Shown piece by piece: positions 55,209-63,666 of a stretch of 64,000 bases of DNA. The notes under the pieces are model-generated. The model was not told the DNA's origin. It worked only from the letters and a program-made list of their open reading frames with translations, and searched no databases. How positions within the stretch are numbered: position 1 is the stretch's first letter; every line of letters begins with the position of its first letter. Location: assembly GCA_965199855.1 (NCBI GenBank), contig OZ241326.1:1568001-1632000 (forward strand). The letters are read 5' to 3'. The translations under genes were made by a program, and so were the position numbers. This stretch comes from a bacterium (lineage in GTDB: Bacteria; UBA8248).

Positions 55209-56168
55209 ATGGCGACCGGCGTCAGGGGCCGCCCACCCCGGATATTGAGGGCGCTTCCGTCGTTGCTCGACCGCGTCGGGGGGACGAGCCTCGCCCAGCT
55301 GCGGCGCCTGCCCGATTCGTCCGGCGCGCGCGTGTTCGCCAAACTGGAGCAATACAACCCCGGTGGAAGCGTGAAGGATCGCATCGCGCTCAGCATGGTG
55401 CTGGACGCCGAGCGGCGCGGTCTCCTCAAGCCAGGCGGAACGATCGTCGAGCCCACGAGCGGCAATACGGGCATCGGCCTCGCGCTCATCGGCGCCATTC
55501 GCGGCTACAGGACGATCATCGTCCTGAGCAAGAGCATGAGCCACGAGCGCCACTCCCTGCTCACGGGCTACGGGGCGGAGGTGGTGTTCAGCTCGAGCGA
55601 GGGCGGCATGTATGGATCGGTCGTGAAGGCGGAGGCGCTTTTGGCGGAAAATCCAGATTATTTCATGCCCCAGCAGTTCAACAACCCGGCCAACCCGGAG
55701 ATTCATCGCAGAACCACGGCGCGGGAGATATTGCGCGACATGGGGGCGGAATCCATAGGCGCCTTCGTGGCGGGCGTGGGGACGGGCGGCACCATAACGG
55801 GCGTGGGCGAGGTCTTGAAGGAGAGGCGGCCGGACACCCTGGTCGTCGCCGTGGAACCCGCGGCTTCCCCCGTTCTCTCCGGCGGAGAGCCGGGCCCGCA
55901 CCAGATACAGGGGATTGGCGCGGGCTTCCTTCCCGGCGTGCTGAATCGGGAGATCATCGACGAGGTGGAGCAGGTCGCCGATGAGGACGCCTACCGGACG
56001 AGCAAGGCCCTGAGCCGGGAGGAAGGCATGGCGGCGGGCATTTCGGCGGGCGCGGCCGTTTGCGCGGCCCTGCGCGCGGCCAGCCGCATGAATCCCGATG
56101 AGAACGTGGTGGTCATCATACCTGATGGCTGGGAGAGGTATTATAGTCTGGAGCAGCAGTTCCGCTAG
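55209..56168 (+). CDS. cysK: Cysteine synthase A (O-acetylserine sulfhydrylase)
   Basis: [44 protein letters not shown]. Confidence 0.93.
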   Translation: MATGVRGRPPRILRALPSLLDRVGGTSLAQLRRLPDSSGARVFAKLEQYNPGGSVKDRIALSMVLDAERRGLLKPGGTIVEPTSGNTGIGLALIGAIRGYRTIIVLSKSMSHERHSLLTGYGAEVVFSSSEGGMYGSVVKAEALLAENPDYFMPQQFNNPANPEIHRRTTAREILRDMGAESIGAFVAGVGTGGTITGVGEVLKERRPDTLVVAVEPAASPVLSGGEPGPHQIQGIGAGFLPGVLNREIIDEVEQVADEDAYRTSKALSREEGMAAGISAGAAVCAALRAASRMNPDENVVVIIPDGWERYYSLEQQFR

Positions 56169-56220
56169 ATGGTTTATCTTGTTTCTCCCCGAAGCGGGGT
56201 TTTCAGATCAGGAGACGGAA

Positions 56221-56499
56221 ATGGCGGTAACGGTTCGTATTCCTACACCCTTGCAGGAGTTCACCCAGCAGCAGGACGCCGTGGAGATCGAAGGCGGAAG
56301 CGTCGGGGAGGTGCTTGAGGCTCTCGACAGCCGGTTTTCGGGCATTCGCCAGCGCCTTTACGACGATGAGGGCAAACTGCGCCGTTTCGTGAACATCTAT
56401 GTGAACCAGGAGGACATCCGCTTCCTCCAGGGCGAGGGAACGGCGGTGAGCGACGGGGACGAGGTATCCATCGTGCCGGCCATCGCGGGCGGCGTGTAG
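56221..56499 (+). CDS. Ubiquitin-like sulfur carrier (CysO/MoaD family) with C-terminal GG-V
   Basis: [32 protein letters not shown]; GGAG RBS. Confidence 0.92.
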   Translation: MAVTVRIPTPLQEFTQQQDAVEIEGGSVGEVLEALDSRFSGIRQRLYDDEGKLRRFVNIYVNQEDIRFLQGEGTAVSDGDEVSIVPAIAGGV

Positions 56500-56619
56500 C
56501 CGTCCCTGCGACATTTCGGGAACAGAGGAGGCTCTTTGGCTTCAGCGGATACGGTGGGGTCGACCGCGCAGGCCCGTTTTGATCGTTCGCGCGGCTCGCC
56601 GGAAGCGGGCGCGCGCGCT

Positions 56620-56652
56620 TCCTGAAAACCGAAAGCAGAAGGGTTTTCAGGA
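56620..56652. repeat. 11-bp perfect inverted repeat just upstream of the cysM RBS
   Basis: TCCTGAAAACC-N11-GGTTTTCAGGA. Confidence 0.7.
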
Positions 56653-56668
56653 CCAAGGAACGAGGGCC

Positions 56669-57634
56669 ATGACGATGGTCGAATCGACGGTGGAGAAGCC
56701 CGGAAGCGCGTTCAGGCGCTTGGAGGACTCCGCAATCATCAACTGCGTCGGCGGCACCCCCCTGCTCCGCGTCCGGCTGTTCGAGAGCGAGTTTCCGGGG
56801 GTCGAGGTCTACGCCAAGGCGGAATGGTTCAACCCGGGCGGCTCGGTGAAGGATCGGCCCGCGCTCTTCATGGTGAAGGACGGGCTGGAATCGGGCCGCC
56901 TGCGTCCGGGCAGGACGCTTCTCGATTCCACGAGCGGAAACACGGGCATCGCCTACGCCATGATCGGGGCCGCGCTGGGGATTCCGGTTCGCCTCGTTCT
57001 TCCGGCGAACGCGAGCGAGGAGCGCAAGGCTACCTTGAAGGGCTACGGCGCAGACGTGGTGTATTCTGACCCGATGGAAGGCTCGGACGGCGCGCAGCGC
57101 CTCGCGGCGAGAATGTCCCGGGACGAGCCTGAGAAATACTTTTTGCCGTGTCAGTATGACAACCCGGCCAACCCGCTCGCCCATGAGGAAACCACGGCGG
57201 TGGAAATCCTGGAGCAGACCGACGGGCGCGTCGCGCATTTCGTCGCGGGGCTGGGCACGACGGGCACCCTGGTGGGCACGGGACGCGGCCTGAAAAAGCG
57301 CAAGCCGGACGTCGCCGTTCACGCGGTGATGCCCTCCGAGTCGTTTCACGGCCTGGAGGGAATGAAGCACATACCTACGGCCATTCGCCCGGGGATTTAC
57401 GATGAGAACGCGCACGATGAGCTGATTCTGGCGGGCACCGAGGAAAGCTACGACCTGGCCGACCGGGCGGCGAGGGAGGAAGGCCTTTTCATCGGACGCT
57501 CGGCCGGAGCCGCGCTGGTGGGCGTCCGCGAGGTGGCGAGGCGGATGGGGAAGGGCGTCGTCGTCACCCTGTTTCCCGACGGCGGGGACAGGTATCTGAG
57601 CGAGGCGCGCCAAGGGGGCTCGGCTTGCGCTTGA
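56669..57634 (+). CDS. cysM: Second PLP cysteine-synthase-family enzyme (CysM-type)
   Basis: [32 protein letters not shown]; flanked by sulfur-carrier and JAMM genes. Confidence 0.8.
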   Translation: MTMVESTVEKPGSAFRRLEDSAIINCVGGTPLLRVRLFESEFPGVEVYAKAEWFNPGGSVKDRPALFMVKDGLESGRLRPGRTLLDSTSGNTGIAYAMIGAALGIPVRLVLPANASEERKATLKGYGADVVYSDPMEGSDGAQRLAARMSRDEPEKYFLPCQYDNPANPLAHEETTAVEILEQTDGRVAHFVAGLGTTGTLVGTGRGLKKRKPDVAVHAVMPSESFHGLEGMKHIPTAIRPGIYDENAHDELILAGTEESYDLADRAAREEGLFIGRSAGAALVGVREVARRMGKGVVVTLFPDGGDRYLSEARQGGSACA

Positions 57635-58113
57635 CCCGCGAACAGGTGGAGGCGATGCACAGGCACGCGCGCGAGGCCTATCCCGATGAATGCTGCGGCC
57701 TGATTCTCGGCGCGCCGCGCGCGGAAGAGGGCGCGGGCTTCCGCCTTTTGCCTTGCAGGAACGTCCAGAACGAGATGCACGAGAAGGACCCCGAAGGGTA
57801 TCCCCGAACGGCGCGGCGCGCTTTTCTGATCGATCCGTTCGAGTTCGAGCGCATCCTCAAAGGAGCGAGAGAGGCGGGCGAGGTGGTTCGCGGCGTCTTC
57901 CACAGCCATCCGGACGAGGACGCCTATTTTTCGCGTGAGGACGAGGCGGCGGCGCTTCCTTTCGGGGACCGCCCCTCGTTCCCGGAGGCGGAGCATGTCG
58001 TCATGAGCGTGCGCGAGGGCGTGGTGCGCGGTCAGAAAGTGTTCGTCTGGGACGGGGAGCGCAAAAGCTTTCTCGAAAGCGAGCTGGAGATAGCGGAGGA
58101 GACGGGCGCGTGA
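57625..58113 (+). CDS. Mov34/MPN/JAMM metalloprotease (Mec-like CysO-cysteine peptidase)
   Basis: YPDECCG, FHSHPD..AYFS..D (HxH-x7-S-xx-D). Confidence 0.9.
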   Translation: MRLTREQVEAMHRHAREAYPDECCGLILGAPRAEEGAGFRLLPCRNVQNEMHEKDPEGYPRTARRAFLIDPFEFERILKGAREAGEVVRGVFHSHPDEDAYFSREDEAAALPFGDRPSFPEAEHVVMSVREGVVRGQKVFVWDGERKSFLESELEIAEETGA

Positions 58114-58237
58114 GCCGCTTGGGTGCTCCCGCGGCCTCGGCCGCGCGGGCCGGCCGCCGCAAGGCGAAGCCCCGTGCGGGGCGAGAATCGTCCGCTCAAC
58201 GGACGGCGCGGGAGCGCCCGATGGAAGGACGCCGCCG

Positions 58238-58696
58238 ATGAAGATATCGACCAAGGGACGCTACGCCGTGCTCGCCATGATAGAGCTGGCCAGGCATTCG
58301 CAAACCCACCCCGTCCCCCTGCCCCAGATAGCCGGCAAGCTGAAGATCAGCCAGCACTACCTGGAGCAGCTGTTCGTGAAGATGCGCCGCGCCTCCCTGG
58401 TGAGCAGCGCGAGAGGGCCGGGCGGCGGCTACATTCTCGCGCTGCCCCCGTCCGAGATCAACATGCGGGACGTTCTGTTCGCGGTGGGGGAGACGGTGCA
58501 GCCGGTGGACTGCGGAGAGGCGGCCCCTTCGGTTCCGTGCCCGAACATCCCGGCTTGCAGCAGCCGCATTCTGTGGAAGAAGCTCGAAGACGCGATAGAC
58601 AGGACGCTCAGGGAAACCACTCTGGAGGAATTGAGCGCCCTCCCGGCCGGGGAGAGGAAAAGCGTCTGCCTGCCCAGTTTTCAGGTGAGCATCTAG
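58238..58696 (+). CDS. Rrf2-family transcriptional regulator (IscR/CymR-like)
   Basis: MKISTKGRYA, YLEQLF, RGPGGGY; three C-terminal Cys. Confidence 0.93.
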   Translation: MKISTKGRYAVLAMIELARHSQTHPVPLPQIAGKLKISQHYLEQLFVKMRRASLVSSARGPGGGYILALPPSEINMRDVLFAVGETVQPVDCGEAAPSVPCPNIPACSSRILWKKLEDAIDRTLRETTLEELSALPAGERKSVCLPSFQVSI

Positions 58697-58914
58697 CGAT
58701 ACGCCGCGATGGTTCGGGTTTCTTTCGCGCTTTCCTTTTCGCCCATGAATCGCGCGCTTCATCCGTCGCCGCGCCTTCCATCCAGCGAGGAGAAAAGGCA
58801 GGTCGCCTGAACCCGCGCGCGCCGCCTTGATGGGCCTGGGACGCCGGGCCGGCGCGCGCGCCGACGCCGCGTTGCGGGGCGGGCGAATCCTCCGGGATAC
58901 TCCCGGGCGTCCGC

Positions 58915-59598
58915 TCAATCGTCCGGGTTGGGTTCGGGAAACGTCTCCGGCCAGTTGTCTATCAGCGCCTGGAGATACGCCTTCATTTTCCGGCCGTCGC
59001 CACGCACCGATTTTCTGATCTTCGCCACCTCGCTCTCGTCCTCGATAGGAATGCCGAACGAATCCATGAAGCGGTTCATCATGCCCTGCTTGCCGCTCAT
59101 CAGGGACATCTCGACGATTTCGCCGTCGGTGAAATGCTTTTTCACCTCGTCGAGCGCGCCGGGGTTCTCTCGCGCGGTGTTTTTCGTAAAATGCTCCGCC
59201 CAGAGGCAGGCGGCGCGCTCGCGCGGACTCAAGGCGGGAGAGGTCATATAGTCGTCCGAGGCGATCGCCCCGATTTGCTCGTCGGTGAGGCCCGTCGCTT
59301 GACCAAGCGCCGTGTTGTGCGCGATTCAGTAGGCGCAGGCGTTCACGAAGCTCGTCTTGAGGACGACGATTTCCTTGATCCGGCACGTCAGAAGCCCGCC
59401 CATGCCCTCGCGCTGGAGGGTGGCGTTGAAGGGCAGGTAGAGCCGCGCGACGTAGGGCGTGTTCGCCATGGCGAGCGCCGAGTTGGGGATGCGGCCCAGA
59501 AACTCGCGCGTCGCTTCAAAGAAGCGGGCCACGTCGCCCGCGGCCTCTCCGGGGTCGAGCATCTCGATTCTGCTTGTCTGTTGCGCCTGGTTCGTCAT
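58915..59598 (-). CDS. AhpD/carboxymuconolactone-decarboxylase-family protein, predicted selenoprotein (in-frame UGA at 59328-59326, CAYU motif), about 227 aa
   Basis: The two ORF-track pieces are in the same frame and separated only by TGA: ...KEIVVLKTSFVNACAY-U-IAHNTALG.... This aligns with the AhpD CxxC..H motif. GAGGA RBS before ATG 59598. Confidence 0.85.
59293..59312 (-). promoter_or_regulatory. Candidate bacterial SECIS hairpin
   Basis: mRNA CG-G-CGCUU-GGUC-AAGCG-A-CG; the G-initial apical loop starts 21 nt after the UGA. Confidence 0.65.
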
Positions 59599-59819
59599 GG
59601 GGTTCCTCAATGCGGGCTTCGGGAGGTTTTCGGGGCGATGAGGGATTATAGAAAACCTCGTCTCCCTTGGGAAACGGGGGCCGCGTCGGATGAAGCGCGC
59701 TTCCGGCGCGGGCTGAGCGGGAGCCGCGCGGTCGCCGTATGCGCGTAGCGCGTCGTTTTGTTAGAATCCATCGTCCCGCTCTTTCGCGCGAGAGCCGCTG
59801 ACTCTGAAGGGAGACCCGC

Positions 59820-60464
59820 ATGGCGGATTTTGATATCGAGATGACGGACAAACTTTTGTCCACAACGCGCTCCGTGAGGAAGCGCCTGGATTTCGACCGT
59901 GGGCTGCAGACCGGGAGCGTGATGGATTGCCTCGAGCTCGCGCTTCAGGCGCCCACAGGGTCGAACCGGCAGGGCTGGCGCTGGATCGTGGTGACGGATG
60001 AGGGCCTGCGCCGGGAACTCGGGCGCATCTACCGCAAGGGCGCCGGAGATTATCTGAAGCAGGGCATGGCGCAGGCGCGGGAGAGCGCATCCGCGCAGAA
60101 CGAGCGGGTGTTCGATTCCGCCATCTATCTGGCCGAGAATATCGAACGAGCCCCCGTTCACGTGATTCCCTGCATCCGGGCCGAGCTGCCCGAGAATCCG
60201 CCGAGATTCATGTGGGCCGGCCTTCTGGGCTCCATCCTGCCGGCGGTGTGGAGCTTTCAACTGGCGCTCAGATCGCGCGGACTGGGTTCCGTGTTCACCA
60301 CCCTGCATCTGCGCTGCGAGGCGGAGGCGGCCGCCCTGCTGGGCGTGCCGGACGACTTCATGCAGGCGGCGCTCGTTCCGGTGGCCTGGACGCTGGGGAC
60401 GAACTTCAGTCCCGCCGCGCGCCGCCCGCTCAATGAGGTTGTCCACGTGGACGGCTGGGGCTGA
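59820..60464 (+). CDS. Nitroreductase-family flavoprotein
   Basis: TTRSVRKRL, QAPTGSNRQGW, ALRSRGLGSVFTT. Confidence 0.92.
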   Translation: MADFDIEMTDKLLSTTRSVRKRLDFDRGLQTGSVMDCLELALQAPTGSNRQGWRWIVVTDEGLRRELGRIYRKGAGDYLKQGMAQARESASAQNERVFDSAIYLAENIERAPVHVIPCIRAELPENPPRFMWAGLLGSILPAVWSFQLALRSRGLGSVFTTLHLRCEAEAAALLGVPDDFMQAALVPVAWTLGTNFSPAARRPLNEVVHVDGWG

Positions 60465-60534
60465 TTTTCACGAGGCGCAACGATGGCTCCGTTCTGGTTT
60501 CGGCGCACGCACCAGAGCGGCGGGGGAATGAAGC

Positions 60535-60609
60535 TGGTGACCCCTAGGGGACTCGAACCCCTGTTACCGGCGTGAGAGGCCGGTGTCCTGACCGCTAGAC
60601 GAAGGGGCC
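60535..60609 (-). tRNA. tRNA-Glu (anticodon CTC)
   Basis: GGCCCCTTCGTCTAGCGGTCAGGACACCGGC-CT-CTC-AC-GCCGGTAACAGGGGTTCGAGTCCCCTAGGGGTCACCA folds as a 75-nt cloverleaf with encoded CCA. Confidence 0.97.
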
Positions 60610-60671
60610 GTGAAGCGGCGTCTCTCTTCCTCGCGCCCCCCGGATGCGGCGTCGGGATGGCGAGAGAAGGA

Positions 60672-60700
60672 AGGGTAGCCGCGCCGGTTTTTCCCGTCAA
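60672..60700 (-). promoter_or_regulatory. Putative sigma70 promoter of tRNA-Glu
   Basis: TTGACG, 17 nt, TACCCT on the minus strand. Confidence 0.55.
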
Positions 60701-60718
60701 GCGGCGGCGCGGCGCACT

Positions 60719-61972
60719 TCAGCGAAACGAGCAGGGCGGCAGGGTCTGCCGCGAGGCGAACGCGCGTCGTTTCCGCCTGTATTGCAGACCGAGCTCGAGT
60801 TGCGCGGCGAAGACGGGCTCCGGCCCCAGGCGCTTGCCGCGCAGCGCGAGCCAGCCCGCCGTCGATTTGCGAATGCGTCCCAAGCGCGCCAGATCCCTGA
60901 AATCCCGAATGCGCGCCTTTCTCCTGACTTCGACGACGCGCTTCGCCCACGTGGGGCCGATTCCCGGCACGCGCATGAGGTCCCGGGGGTCGGCGGTCAT
61001 GATTTCCACCGGAAATTTCGAGATGTTTTTCCTCGCCCACGCCGTTTTCGGGTCCTCATCGAGGGGCAGGTTGCCCTGCGAGGAGGGAATTTCCTCCAGC
61101 CCGAACCCGTATTCGCGCAGAAGGCGCTCCGCCTGGTAGAGGCGATGCTCGCGCGTCTTGGAGACGGGGGAGAGGCCATCCATCGGCGTGTCCGCCACCG
61201 GCCTGAAGGCGCTGAAATGCGCGTGGCGCAGGAATCCCTCCTTGTGGAGCGCGTGGGAGGCGGTGAGGACGTCCATGTCGCTCTCCCCGCTCGCGCCCAC
61301 GATGAACTGCGTCGTCACCCCGCCGGCGAGGAGGCCGGTTTTCCCCAGAGCCGCCTCGCGCGCCATTTTGCCCACGTATCGCAGGGCGGGTCTGAGGTCG
61401 CCGGCCAGATTCTTCTCGGGCGCCATCGCGTGGAGGCCGCTCCGGGTGGCGGCTTCGAGGTTCACCGAAAGCCGCGTGGCCACCTGGGCGGCGCGGGCGA
61501 GCTGGGCGTTCTCCGCCTCCGGCAGCATTTTGAGGTGGATGTAGCCGTCGAAGCGGTGTTTGAAGCGCAGGATCTCGGCCGTCGCTATCATCCTGTCCAC
61601 GCCCGCGACGCCGCTGCCCGGAATCCCGCTGGTGAGAAAAAGCCCCTGGGCGCGGCCTCTTTTCCTGAGCGCCATGAAGGCGTCGGCCAGCTCATCGGGG
61701 CCGAAAGCGTAGCGCGGCATGTCGCGCGAGGCGCGCATGGGGCAGTAACGGCAGTCGTAGCTGCAGGCGTTGGTCATCATGGTGGAGAGCAGCGGCATGA
61801 CGCGACCGCCGGAGAAGGGGACGGGAAATATCGCCGGCGTGTCCGCGCCCCGGAATTTTCGCCCGTATTTCCGCCGCCACCGCAGCGAGCCGGGCGGGCC
61901 TTCCCTGTCGTCAAAGGATTGTCCGCCCAGAATCGCCAGTTTCCGGAGGGTATTCTCTGTCACCATCGTCAT
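60719..61972 (-). CDS. Putative DNA modification/repair radical SAM protein (TIGR03916-like) with helix-hairpin-helix motif
   Basis: TNACSYDCRYC, GLFLTSG, GYIHLK, REHRLYQA, LMRVPGIG. Confidence 0.88.
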   Translation of the reverse strand: MTMVTENTLRKLAILGGQSFDDREGPPGSLRWRRKYGRKFRGADTPAIFPVPFSGGRVMPLLSTMMTNACSYDCRYCPMRASRDMPRYAFGPDELADAFMALRKRGRAQGLFLTSGIPGSGVAGVDRMIATAEILRFKHRFDGYIHLKMLPEAENAQLARAAQVATRLSVNLEAATRSGLHAMAPEKNLAGDLRPALRYVGKMAREAALGKTGLLAGGVTTQFIVGASGESDMDVLTASHALHKEGFLRHAHFSAFRPVADTPMDGLSPVSKTREHRLYQAERLLREYGFGLEEIPSSQGNLPLDEDPKTAWARKNISKFPVEIMTADPRDLMRVPGIGPTWAKRVVEVRRKARIRDFRDLARLGRIRKSTAGWLALRGKRLGPEPVFAAQLELGLQYRRKRRAFASRQTLPPCSFR

Positions 61973-62348
61973 TCTCCCTTTCGTTTGAGCTGGAAAAGGA
62001 GAAATTTATACGAAAATAAAACGAAAATCAATGTGTTTTTTTCTGAAATGCTCGACGCGTTCATATACCGATGAGCGGGTTATGTTCAGTAAATTGTTTC
62101 AGAATGGGGAAAATGGCGGGTGAATTCTCAAGGAAAGACGCGGCTTTTGGCGGGGTTCCGCGAATGAGGATCGTAGCGCGGTCGCGCAGTCCGGGAACCG
62201 GGCGTCAAGCCGAAGTGAAAAACAGTATCGGGCAATGGAGCCCGGCTTTTGCGCGAAGACTTGGCCGCTATCCGGCAGGGATGCGTTCTTACGCCTTTTC
62301 GGAGGCTTGAAGCCGGTCGCGCGGGTTGCTTTCGGTGGAGGCGCGTAT

Positions 62349-63614
62349 TCAGCTGCCGACTTTTTGCGGAGCATTCCCGCGCCAGGAGGCGCGCGCTTGT
62401 TTGAAGGCGTCGATGTCCGGCGGAATCCTTTGGGGGCTCCCCAGAGCCTCGCTCGCCACTTCCGCCGCGTTTTTTCCCGTGCCGGTACCGATGCAGACAA
62501 TGGTTTCATCGGCGTGAGGCTTTTCGGGCCGCTCGGCGTTCGCCATCAGACTCGCCACGGAGGCCGCCGAGGCGGGCTGGAGGAACAGCCCCTCGCTTCT
62601 GGCGATGAGAAACTCCGCTTCGAGGTTGAGCGCGTCCGTCACCAGCACGCCGTGGCCCCCGGAGGCGCGCGCGGCATCGGCCACGCGGTCGCCCGCGTCC
62701 GGAGAGGGACTCGTGAGGCCGGCCGACTTCGTCCGCACTTCGCCCCAGGGCGAGACCTTCCCGCCCGCGCGCAGGGCCTTGACGATGGGCGCGCAGCCAT
62801 CCACCTGCACGACGTCGATGGCCGGCGTCTTCTCTATCCAGCCCAGTGCCAGCAGCTCGCGGAAGCCCTGCTCCATGGCGAGGGCCATCGTGCCGCCCGC
62901 CGTGGGGCAGACGACGCGGTCGGGGGCGCGCCAGCCGAGTTTTTCGGCGATCTCGTAGGCCGCCGTCTTCTTCCCCTCGATTCTGTATAGATTCCGGGGA
63001 AGCGCGGCGTGCAGGCAGCCCAGCTCCTTCGACACCTCCTCGGCGAAGCGTCCGCCCACGCCCTGATCGCCCTCGACGATGAGCGTGAACGCCCCGTAGG
63101 CGCCCACCTGGAGGCAGTGGACGGCCGAGCTGTCCTCGCGCACGAAGCCGATGAATTCGACCCCGCCCCGCGCGCAGTAGGCGCTGAAGCACGCCGCCGC
63201 GTTGCCGGAGGAGGGCAGCGTGATCCGCTCCACGCCCACCTCCCTGCATTTGCTGATGGTGACGGAGCCGCCTCTGTCCTTGAACGATCCGGTGGGGTTT
63301 CTCGATTCGTCCAGGATGTAGAGGCTTTTGAACCCTAGCGCTTCGCCCAGTCTTTCGGCGTGGATGAGGGGGGTGTCGCCCTCCACGAGCGAGACCACGT
63401 TTTTCTCATCCCGCACGGGCAGCAGCTCGTGCCAGCGCCAGATGCCACGGGGCCTTCGGGCGATCTCCTCCCTGTCCACGCGAGCCCTCACCCATTCGAG
63501 GTCGTAGCTTCCCCGCAGGCTTCCGCCCGTATCGGGGCAGGTGAAGGGGTGCGCCATGTCGTCCACGACGCGGCCCGACTCGAGGCTCTCCAGCCCCGTC
63601 AGCGCGCTATACAA
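62349..63614 (-). CDS. Threonine-synthase-like PLP enzyme (fold type II)
   Basis: GIWRWHELLP, EGDTPL, NPTGSFKDRG, RIEGKKT; AAGGAG RBS before the TTG. Confidence 0.85.
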   Translation of the reverse strand: MYSALTGLESLESGRVVDDMAHPFTCPDTGGSLRGSYDLEWVRARVDREEIARRPRGIWRWHELLPVRDEKNVVSLVEGDTPLIHAERLGEALGFKSLYILDESRNPTGSFKDRGGSVTISKCREVGVERITLPSSGNAAACFSAYCARGGVEFIGFVREDSSAVHCLQVGAYGAFTLIVEGDQGVGGRFAEEVSKELGCLHAALPRNLYRIEGKKTAAYEIAEKLGWRAPDRVVCPTAGGTMALAMEQGFRELLALGWIEKTPAIDVVQVDGCAPIVKALRAGGKVSPWGEVRTKSAGLTSPSPDAGDRVADAARASGGHGVLVTDALNLEAEFLIARSEGLFLQPASAASVASLMANAERPEKPHADETIVCIGTGTGKNAAEVASEALGSPQRIPPDIDAFKQARASWRGNAPQKVGS

Positions 63615-63666
63615 GTGCGGCTCTCCTTTTTCTCGAGTCGGCGGGCCGGGCTTGCTTCCGGGAAGA

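Noticed and set aside
58915-59598. Pseudogene interpretation of the split AhpD gene
   Set aside because: The single stop is UGA, falls exactly on the motif Cys and is followed by a SECIS-like hairpin, with no other lesions.
58700-60609. Genomic island integrated at tRNA-Glu
   Set aside because: I found no integrase and no duplicated tRNA 3' end by eye, and the composition resembles the flanks.
62033-62348. Riboswitch or small ORF (62071-62310) upstream of the radical SAM gene
   Set aside because: No recognisable aptamer consensus; the ORF lacks an RBS and motifs.
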